From NCBI GenBank assembly GCA_044229975.1, contig JBGARZ010000003.1, positions 64,001-128,000 on the forward strand: DNA of 64,000 bases, given 5' to 3'. Source of the stretch: Polyangiales bacterium. GTDB taxonomy: Bacteria > Myxococcota_A > Polyangia > Polyangiales > Ga0077539. Below the pieces are notes generated by a model. That model was not told where the DNA came from, did not search any database, and saw nothing but the letters and a program-made list of their open reading frames with translations. Shown in pieces: positions 41,216-48,648 of this stretch. The translations under genes were made by a program, and so were the position numbers. Numbering within the stretch: position 1 is the first letter of the stretch; every line of letters starts with the position of its first letter.

Positions 41216-43309
41216 GTGTCGGCGGCGACAGCAGAACAATCACGCATCGGCGCGACGGTCGCGGATCGCTACAAGCTCGTGCGCGTGCTTGGCCGCGGCG
41301 GCATGGGGATGGTCTACGAGGCCGAGATCGTCGGCTCGCTGCGCCACGTCGCCATCAAGGTGATGCACCCGGAGAGTCAGGCCGACAGCGACAACGTCCG
41401 GCGCTTCATGAACGAGGCGCGCGCCGCGGGCCGGGTGCGCCACCCCAACGTGGTGGAGGTGCTCGACGCGGGCGAAGACCCCGACGACGGCTCGCTCTTC
41501 ATCGTGCTGGAGCTGCTCACGGGCATCGACCTCGCGACGTACCTGCTGCGCTACGACAAGCTGCTGCCGAGCGAGACGCTCACCGTCGTTTGCCAGGTTC
41601 TCCAGGCCCTCATCGTCGCGCACCGCGAGAACATCGTTCACCGCGACATCAAGCCGGAGAACGTCTTCCTCGCGCGCCGCCCGAGCGGCGAGACGCACGT
41701 GAAGATCGTGGACTTCGGCATCTCGAAGATCCTCGACCCGGAGAAGGAGATCTCGCTCTCCATCACGCGGGCCAACATGACCGTCGGCACGCCCCACTAC
41801 ATGTCCCCCGAGCAGGCGCGCGGCGAGGGCATCGACCCCCGCGCCGACATCTGGGCGCTCGGGGTCGTGATGTACGAGTGCCTCACCGGCGAGATCCCCT
41901 TCGACGGCGAAAACTACAACCAGCAGATCCTCGCGGTGGTGACCGAAGACCACAAGCCCGCGAGCGCGCACGGTGTCGAGCCGGAGCTCTCGGCCCTCAT
42001 CGATCGCTGCCTGAAGAAGGACCGCACCGAGCGCTTCGACAGCGCCGCCGTGATGCTCGCCGAGATCGGCGCCTACCTCGCCCGTCACACCGAGGTCGCG
42101 GTGCGCGCCTCGCTGCTCCGCATCCCCGGGCCCGAAGAGTTTCCGACGACGCGGCCCGACGACCCCACCACGGTGCAAGACGTGCTGCCGGCGTTTGCGC
42201 GGGAGAGCGTCGAAGACCTCACCGACGACGCGCACCCCGAGGTGGCCGATGACTTCGCGGGGCCGCTGTCCATCCGACCGGTGTTCCCGGGGATGGTGCG
42301 CCTCGACGAGGAGGGCGCCGACAACGCACCCACCAAGGTGCAGTCCATCCACGCCATCGTCCCGGGCGGCGCCGCACCCGTCCCGCTCTCCCAGCGCCCC
42401 GGCTACGCGCCCGGCGAGTCCACGCGCCCGGCCGTCTTCCGCGCGCCGTCGATGCCGCCGCTGCCTCCGCCGCCGCGCCTCCCCGTCATCGAGGCCACCC
42501 CGGCGGGTGTCTCGCTGCCACCCGTCGCGTCGCAGCCGCCCGTCGCATCGCTGCCCCCGGCCGAGCTCACGCCGCAGGGCGCGGTGCTCCCCGTCGATGA
42601 CTCCGAGCGTCCGTCGCTCATCGCCTACCCCCGCTCGCGGCGCTGGCTCTTCCTCTCCGCGGCCTTCATGGCCGGGCTCGTCGTCGCGCTCGGCGTCGCC
42701 GCCGTCAGCCTGCGCGAACCCTCGCGTCCGGTGTCGACGCCGCACATGGTTCGGGTGCGCCTCACGGGCATGCGCGACGACGCGAGGCCCGTCATCGGCG
42801 GCGTGCGGTACTTCTCCAACGAGGCCTACGTCCCGCTCACCGATCGCCCGATGCGCATCCGCGTCGAGGCCGACGGCTTCGAGCCCATCGAGGTCAACGT
42901 CGTCCCCGACCGCGACCGCGACCTCGCCCTCCCCGCGATGACCCCGACGCCCCCGCCGGCGCCGGTCGTCGCCCCGACACCCGCACCTCCGGTCGCGCCC
43001 GAACCTCGCCCTGCCACGCCCACCGCGAGCGCTCCGCCTCGCGCGGCCGCCCCAGCGCTGCCGACCACCGTGGCGCCCGGTGTTCCCCACGCACGGCGCG
43101 CCGCGCTGCCCGAGCTCGCCATCGGTTCGACCCCGCGCTGTCGCGTGCTCGTCGACGGCAACGTGCTCGGCCAGACGCCGCTCTTCCACGTGCGCCTCCC
43201 CGCGGGCAGCCATCGCATCCTCTGCGAGCGCCCCGATGGCTCCTTTGCCCGCAACGTCGAGATCACCCCCGGCGCGAGCAACGCGCGGGTCTTCTTCGAC
43301 GAGCACTGA
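41216..43309 (+). CDS. Hanks-type Ser/Thr protein kinase with TM and PEGA-like C-terminus
   Basis: GRGGMG, VAIK, HRDIKPEN, DFG, GTPHYMSPEQ; TM segment; VLVDGNVLGQTP. Confidence 0.95.
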   Translation: MSAATAEQSRIGATVADRYKLVRVLGRGGMGMVYEAEIVGSLRHVAIKVMHPESQADSDNVRRFMNEARAAGRVRHPNVVEVLDAGEDPDDGSLFIVLELLTGIDLATYLLRYDKLLPSETLTVVCQVLQALIVAHRENIVHRDIKPENVFLARRPSGETHVKIVDFGISKILDPEKEISLSITRANMTVGTPHYMSPEQARGEGIDPRADIWALGVVMYECLTGEIPFDGENYNQQILAVVTEDHKPASAHGVEPELSALIDRCLKKDRTERFDSAAVMLAEIGAYLARHTEVAVRASLLRIPGPEEFPTTRPDDPTTVQDVLPAFARESVEDLTDDAHPEVADDFAGPLSIRPVFPGMVRLDEEGADNAPTKVQSIHAIVPGGAAPVPLSQRPGYAPGESTRPAVFRAPSMPPLPPPPRLPVIEATPAGVSLPPVASQPPVASLPPAELTPQGAVLPVDDSERPSLIAYPRSRRWLFLSAAFMAGLVVALGVAAVSLREPSRPVSTPHMVRVRLTGMRDDARPVIGGVRYFSNEAYVPLTDRPMRIRVEADGFEPIEVNVVPDRDRDLALPAMTPTPPPAPVVAPTPAPPVAPEPRPATPTASAPPRAAAPALPTTVAPGVPHARRAALPELAIGSTPRCRVLVDGNVLGQTPLFHVRLPAGSHRILCERPDGSFARNVEITPGASNARVFFDEH

Positions 43310-43314
43310 AGCCT

Positions 43315-43333
43315 CCAGCGACCGGGTCGCTGG
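43315..43333. other. Perfect 9-bp inverted repeat just after the kinase stop codon
   Basis: ccagcgacc-g-ggtcgctgg; no U-tract, so terminator status is uncertain. Confidence 0.5.
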
Positions 43334-43358
43334 CTCTGGCAATCCGTCGGGAGGTCGG

Positions 43359-43387
43359 GCAACCTCCGCCCGCCTTCGCGTCGTCTA
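43359..43387 (+). promoter_or_regulatory. Putative ECF sigma promoter
   Basis: GCAACC-N17-CGTCTA, followed by a GAGGAG RBS and ATG 43406. Confidence 0.45.
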
Positions 43388-43405
43388 CCCGTGAGGAGTT
43401 CATCG

Positions 43406-44029
43406 ATGTCCCATCATCACCCGTGCTCTGAATCCGCCTACGAGTCCGTCGCGTTCACCGTGGATGCCCTCGCGGCGAGCGCCGACGACGCCGAGCTCAC
43501 GCGCCTCTCCGATCGCGTGCGCGGCGTGCTCACCGACTGGGAGAGCCTCGACGCGACCCGCCGCATCCTGCGCCGCAAGGCCCTCACGGCGAGCGCCCAG
43601 GTGCACGTGGCCGACGCCTCGCTCGACGCCTCCATCGCCGCCTTCGCCCGCGACCTCGTCGCCCTCAGCGGCAAGGACAGCGACCAGTACAAGAAGTACT
43701 TCCCGGAGTCCCACGAGGACATCATCGCCATGGGCCTGGAGTCCGAGCTCCCGGTGGTCACCCTGGTCCTCGCGCAGCTCGACGCCTCCACCGACGCGCC
43801 CGCTGCGCTCACCGCCCACACCGCCGCGCTGCGCGCCGGCCTTCAGATGGGCAACGGCGCCCTCGGCAACCGCGCCGACGCCCTCGCCGACCTGGGCCGC
43901 CACAACGCCCGCGAGCAGTCGTGGAGCGAGACCTCGCTCGCCTCGCTCGTGAGCGTCCGCCGCGCGCTCGACAAGATCGCCTTCACCCGCGGTCTCTCGC
44001 CCTCCTGGGTCTCGGCGTTCTTCCGCTAG
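43406..44029 (+). CDS. Hypothetical all-alpha protein
   Basis: Good RBS, strong codon bias, predicted long helices. Confidence 0.75.
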   Translation: MSHHHPCSESAYESVAFTVDALAASADDAELTRLSDRVRGVLTDWESLDATRRILRRKALTASAQVHVADASLDASIAAFARDLVALSGKDSDQYKKYFPESHEDIIAMGLESELPVVTLVLAQLDASTDAPAALTAHTAALRAGLQMGNGALGNRADALADLGRHNAREQSWSETSLASLVSVRRALDKIAFTRGLSPSWVSAFFR

Positions 44030-44046
44030 GCCCAACACTCACGCGC

Positions 44047-44754
44047 ATGTCGCTCCGCGCCCTCACGCTGCGCCGTGCGCGCCCCCTCTCCCCGAAGGTG
44101 CGCGAGCTCACCTTCGACCCCGGTCCAGACTTCCGATTCCGCGCGGGGCAGTGGGTGTCCCTCAAGGTCCCTGCGGGCGACCCCGACCAGCCCCACGCGC
44201 GCTCGTACTCCATCGCCTCGGCGCCGCGCGACGACGGCTCCTTCGACATCGCAGTCACCCTCGTGGAGTCTGGTCCCGGGAGCACCTTCCTCCACGCGAT
44301 GAACGTCGGCGACACCATCCCCGCCGCCGACCCGATGGGCTTCTTCACCCTCCCCGACGCGCTCTCCCGACCGCTGCTCTTGGTCGGGACCGGCACCGGC
44401 GTCGCCCCCCTCCGCGCGATGATCGAGTCCCTCGACGCGCTCCCCCACGCGCCGCCCGTCACGCTGCTCTTCGGCGTTCGCACCCGCGAGGACATCCTCT
44501 ACGCGGACGAGTTCGTCGAGCGCGCCCGTCGCGACCCGCGCTTCCGCTTCGAACCGACGCTCTCCCGCCCCGACCCCGACTGGGGCGGGCGCACGGGCTA
44601 CGTCCAGACCCATTTCGCCAGCCTCCTCGCCGACACGCCCCACGCCGCCGTCTACGTCTGCGGCCTCAGCGCGATGGTGCGCGAGGCGCGCGACGTGCTC
44701 CGCAAGACCCTCGGACTCCCGCGCGACCGCGTGCAGTCCGAGCGCTTCGACTGA
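44047..44754 (+). CDS. Ferredoxin-NAD(P) reductase-like FAD/NAD-binding oxidoreductase
   Basis: FRAGQW, RSYSIAS, GTGTGVAP, YVCG, ERF terminus. Confidence 0.92.
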   Translation: MSLRALTLRRARPLSPKVRELTFDPGPDFRFRAGQWVSLKVPAGDPDQPHARSYSIASAPRDDGSFDIAVTLVESGPGSTFLHAMNVGDTIPAADPMGFFTLPDALSRPLLLVGTGTGVAPLRAMIESLDALPHAPPVTLLFGVRTREDILYADEFVERARRDPRFRFEPTLSRPDPDWGGRTGYVQTHFASLLADTPHAAVYVCGLSAMVREARDVLRKTLGLPRDRVQSERFD

Positions 44755-44758
44755 CGCC

Positions 44759-46315
44759 ATGCGCCCGCCGCTGCTCGTCGCCCTCGCCCTGCTCTCCTGC
44801 CGCTCGCCTCGTCCCGCGCCGCGCCCCGATGCGTCCGCTGCCTCCGCCCCCGTTGCCGTCATCCTGGACGCTGGCGTCGATGTGCCCGCGCCCCGTGACG
44901 TCGTCACCGACCGGCCTGTCGTCGTCACCCGCGGCCCCTGGCAGCGCCTGCCCCGCGCCCGCTGGACCGACCCCGCGCAGCTCGGTCGCTGGGACGACGC
45001 GCCCGACCTCGATGGCGATGGTCAGCCCGACGAGGTCTTCGCCATGGACGCACGCGGTGTCATCTGCGACCCGGTGCACCGCGACATCCCCTGCCCCGCC
45101 CCCGACGACGGCGGCGGCGACGCGGAGGACGGCCCCGCGCGCATCGCCCTCATCGCCCGCTTCTCCGGCGACACGGACACCGCCGCGACGGTCGGTCGCC
45201 TCTTCGGACTCCAGCGCGTGTGGCGCTCCCGCAGCGTGCCCACGGCCCGCATCGACGGCGTGCGCTTCGGCGACTTCGGTCGCGGCGTGAGCGTTCGCAC
45301 GACCCTGCTCGTCGACCACGGCGCGGGCCTGCGCGACACCCTCGACCGCGTCGACCTCTACCTGGGCGCGGGCCTCGATCGCCCCGCCGGAACCTTCGTC
45401 CACCACTGCATCCGCACCCTCGAAGGCACCCTCCGTCGCGCGGGCGCCCTCGCCGTCACGCTGCCCGAGGAGACCCCGACGCTGTGGCGCTTCGCCTCGG
45501 CGCACCCGTCCAGCGCCTGCGAGACCGACGCCGTCGCCCTCGACGCCGCCCTCGGCCAGACGCTCTCGCGCGGTGTCGTGGTCGCCGACCTCCGCGCCTC
45601 GCCCGTCGAGACCCACCGCGACGTTCGCATCGCCATCACCGACGGCCGCGCCCGCGTGGTCGAGCGCGCGCCGCGCGACTCCGACGCGGGCTTCGCGGGC
45701 GACCCCCTGGCGAGCGGCGTGATGCGGGTCGTCGCGACGGCGCGGCGCTGCGACGGCGACGTGGTGCGCTACCAGCAGGAGGACAAGTCGTGCCTCGTGC
45801 GCATCGAACGATCGCGCTCGGACGAGCGCTGCGACCCCAACCTCCCGGCGGTTCCGCGCTTCGACGACGCGCACCCCGTGGCGCTCGTCGGGGGCGGCGA
45901 TGCGGGGCTCTCCACGCTGGTGATCCAGCGCGCGGGATCGCTCGTGTCGGTGGCCCTGCCGGCCGCGTGCGGAACGGGTCGTCGCAGCGCCGAGACGTCA
46001 CCCTTCGCGGGATCACTCCCGGCCGGAACGCCCGTGTCGACCGATGGTTCGCTGGTGCTCTTCGCCGAGGGCCACGACCTGTGGCTCGCCCGGCGTGGCG
46101 ACCCGCGGCCCGCGCTCGTCAACGTCCCCGGCGGCGGACTTGCGCGCGGCACCGTGAGGGCCATCGCCTTCCTCGACGCGCGACAGGTGGCCGTCGTCAT
46201 CGCGCGCACGCTCTACGAGTTCACGCTCGACGTCCCCGCACCGATGAACGACGTCCCCGAGACGCTCAGCGTCAACCCGGCCGAGCTCTACCGCGCCACA
46301 CACGCCCCGCGCTGA
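44759..46315 (+). CDS. Hypothetical lipoprotein
   Basis: Lipobox LLSC; DLDGDGQPD Ca-binding-like motif; beta-propeller-like C-terminus. Confidence 0.65.
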   Translation: MRPPLLVALALLSCRSPRPAPRPDASAASAPVAVILDAGVDVPAPRDVVTDRPVVVTRGPWQRLPRARWTDPAQLGRWDDAPDLDGDGQPDEVFAMDARGVICDPVHRDIPCPAPDDGGGDAEDGPARIALIARFSGDTDTAATVGRLFGLQRVWRSRSVPTARIDGVRFGDFGRGVSVRTTLLVDHGAGLRDTLDRVDLYLGAGLDRPAGTFVHHCIRTLEGTLRRAGALAVTLPEETPTLWRFASAHPSSACETDAVALDAALGQTLSRGVVVADLRASPVETHRDVRIAITDGRARVVERAPRDSDAGFAGDPLASGVMRVVATARRCDGDVVRYQQEDKSCLVRIERSRSDERCDPNLPAVPRFDDAHPVALVGGGDAGLSTLVIQRAGSLVSVALPAACGTGRRSAETSPFAGSLPAGTPVSTDGSLVLFAEGHDLWLARRGDPRPALVNVPGGGLARGTVRAIAFLDARQVAVVIARTLYEFTLDVPAPMNDVPETLSVNPAELYRATHAPR

Positions 46316-47022
46316 GCGGCGGCTTCGAGCGCGGCCTGCCACGCCACGAGGTCGTCGGGGCGAGGCGCTTCGACCGTGACGGATGCGCCCGTCGAAGAGA
46401 CCCAGGTGATCTGCGCCGCGTGCAGCGAGAGTCGGCCGAGCACCTCTCCCTCGCCTTCGTCCCCGAGCTCGGCGCGCGTCACCTTGGACGCCCGCCCGTA
46501 CACCGGGTCGACCACCAGCGGCGCGTTGACCGACCGCAGATGAACCCTGATCTGATGCTGTCGCCCGGTCTCGGGCAACGCCTCGATCGCGCACACCGTC
46601 CCTCCAGGGAGGCCCTCCCAACGACGCGTGACGCGGTAGCGCGTCCGCGACGGCAGAGCACCTTCCTCGCCGACCGCCGCCGGGCGCATCTTCCCTTTGC
46701 GCGCGGTGTGGAGCGCCGTGTCGATGACCCCTTCGTCGGCGGGTGGTGCGCCGCGCGTCCACGCAACGTAGCGCTTGTGCACCTCGCGCTTCTCGAAGAG
46801 TCCGTTGAGGCGACGGTGCTCGTCTGCGGTACGCGCGAACAGCACCACGCCGCTCGTGTCGCGGTCGAGCCGATGAACGACCCACAGCCGCTCGCCCCGC
46901 GCCGCCTGCAACGAGGCGTGCAGGCAGAGGGCCTCTTCCTCCGCCCGCGCGGGGATCACGACCATCCCGGCGGGCTTGCTCACGGCGATGGAGGCGGCGT
47001 CTTCAAACAGCAGGTCGATCAC
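46288..47022 (-). CDS. RluA-family pseudouridine synthase
   Basis: SKPAG, HRLDRDTSG, TGRQHQIRVH, LHAAQI; GTG start at 47022. Confidence 0.93.
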   Translation of the reverse strand: MIDLLFEDAASIAVSKPAGMVVIPARAEEEALCLHASLQAARGERLWVVHRLDRDTSGVVLFARTADEHRRLNGLFEKREVHKRYVAWTRGAPPADEGVIDTALHTARKGKMRPAAVGEEGALPSRTRYRVTRRWEGLPGGTVCAIEALPETGRQHQIRVHLRSVNAPLVVDPVYGRASKVTRAELGDEGEGEVLGRLSLHAAQITWVSSTGASVTVEAPRPDDLVAWQAALEAAAQRGACVAR

Positions 47023-47049
47023 GGGCGCGGCCCTACCACGCCCGCGCTC

Positions 47050-47078
47050 TTGCACCGATGACTGAACATTTGTACGGT
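47050..47078 (+). promoter_or_regulatory. Sigma70 promoter with an overlapping LexA-like palindrome
   Basis: TTGCAC-N17-TACGGT ending 7 nt before ATG 47086; CTGAAC-ATTT-GTACGG at 47062-47077. Confidence 0.6.
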
Positions 47079-47085
47079 CTTCTTC

Positions 47086-47829
47086 ATGGACCAGAGATCA
47101 CCGATTTCCATGGACCAGTCGGGGCTCGCGATTCGCGACGCGCAGCCGATGGAGTTCACCGACACGCAGCGGCAGCTCATCCGCGACGCGTACGCCAGCG
47201 GGGCCAGCGACGACGAGTTCGCCGTGCTCATGGAGATCGCCCGTGCGCGGCGGCTCAATCCACTCTTGCGACAGATCCACTTCGTGAGCCGGTGGGACAG
47301 CGAGAAGCACCGCGGCGTCTGGTCGGCGCAGGTGTCCATCGACGGGCTGCGCGCCATCGCCGAGCGCACCGGGCTCTACGTGGGTCAGGACGAACCCGAG
47401 TTCGTCGAAAACCCCGACGGCACCATCAAGCTGTGCCGCGTGCGCGTGTGGCGGAAGGACTGGCCGCGCCCCGCGGTGGGCCTCGCCTATTGGGCCGAGT
47501 ACTGCCAGATGGCGCGCGACCGCACGACGGGCAAGCAGCGCCCCACGGCGATGTGGTCGCGCATGCCGCACGTGATGATCGCGAAGTGTGCGGAATCACT
47601 AGCGTTACGGAAGGCGTTCCCCGAAGACATGTCGGGCCTCTACACCGGAGAGGAGATGGGCAACGCGCCGGGGCAGGCGCCCGCACCGCCCGTACCAGTG
47701 CAACAGCCCACCGTGGTCGCGCGGGTGGAGACCCGCGTCGAAGAGCGCGTCACCGTTCCCGCGGCGCTTGGTCCGTTGCGGGTCGTTCCGACGCCGCCGT
47801 CCGACCCCTGGCTCGACTACCTCGGGTAG
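47086..47829 (+). CDS. bet: Phage recombination protein Bet (RecT/Redbeta family annealase)
   Basis: LNPLLRQIHFV, QVSIDGLRAIAERTGLY, WAEY, MWSRMPHVMIAKCAESLALRKAFP..LYTGEEM. Confidence 0.9.
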   Translation: MDQRSPISMDQSGLAIRDAQPMEFTDTQRQLIRDAYASGASDDEFAVLMEIARARRLNPLLRQIHFVSRWDSEKHRGVWSAQVSIDGLRAIAERTGLYVGQDEPEFVENPDGTIKLCRVRVWRKDWPRPAVGLAYWAEYCQMARDRTTGKQRPTAMWSRMPHVMIAKCAESLALRKAFPEDMSGLYTGEEMGNAPGQAPAPPVPVQQPTVVARVETRVEERVTVPAALGPLRVVPTPPSDPWLDYLG

Positions 47830-48644
47830 TCCTCCAACGGCAGCACCCGCAGCCCCTCGCCCACCGTCACGCTCGCCGCGATGGCCGCTGTGAGTCGCTC
47901 CTTCGACCAGCGCACGGCAGCCTCCAGCGCCTCTGCCCCGGGCTTCCCCTCGCGCAGCGCAAGCTGCCCCGTGATGAGCGCCGACAGCGTGCACCCACCT
48001 CCATGGAACTCGCCCGCCAACGCCACGCGCGGCGCCTCAATGAGTCGCGTCACCGACGGCGTCGCGAGCACGTCGACCGCCGTCGACCCCGCGAGGTGGC
48101 CGCCCTTCACCAGCACCGCGCGCGCACCCATCGCGATGAGCGCCTCGGCCGCCGCCCGCGCCTCTTCCACGCTGCGCACGCGATCGCCCAGCAGCGCCTC
48201 GGCTTCGTCGACGTTGGGCGTCACCAGGGCCGCGCGCGTCATCAATCGACCCAGCGCCGCGAGGGCGCGCTCGTCCAGCAGGCGCGCGCCCCCATCGGTG
48301 CGGGTGGCCACGATCACCGGGTCGACCACCAACGGGATGTCCGAGTGTTCGCTCGCGAGCGCAAACGCGAGCTCGACGTTGTCCGTCGACCCGAGGGCGC
48401 CGGTCTTCCAGGCGCGGACGTGTTGGTGTTGGAAGATGCGCTCGGCCTGCGCACGGACGAGCGAAGTATCGACGGGGTGAACCGACGCGAGCCCGGCGGT
48501 GGATTGCACCGTGAGCACCGCGGCGACGGCGCAACCCCAGGCGCCCGCTGCGTGGAAGCCCTTGAGGTCCGCCAGGAAGCCTGCGCCTCCTGATGGGTCG
48601 AGGCCCGCCACGCTGAGCGCGCAGGGTCGCGCCGCGTCGGTCAC
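47817..48644 (-). CDS. thiD: Hydroxymethylpyrimidine/phosphomethylpyrimidine kinase
   Basis: AGLDPSGGAG, LTVQST, KTGAL, VVDPV, TPNVDEA, KGGH, HGGGC. Confidence 0.92.
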   Translation of the reverse strand: MTDAARPCALSVAGLDPSGGAGFLADLKGFHAAGAWGCAVAAVLTVQSTAGLASVHPVDTSLVRAQAERIFQHQHVRAWKTGALGSTDNVELAFALASEHSDIPLVVDPVIVATRTDGGARLLDERALAALGRLMTRAALVTPNVDEAEALLGDRVRSVEEARAAAEALIAMGARAVLVKGGHLAGSTAVDVLATPSVTRLIEAPRVALAGEFHGGGCTLSALITGQLALREGKPGAEALEAAVRWSKERLTAAIAASVTVGEGLRVLPLEDYPR

Positions 48645-48648
48645 GCTC

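Noticed and set aside
46288..48644. Prophage or mobile element around bet
   Set aside because: The flanks are housekeeping genes; no integrase, att-like repeats, structural genes or obvious composition shift.
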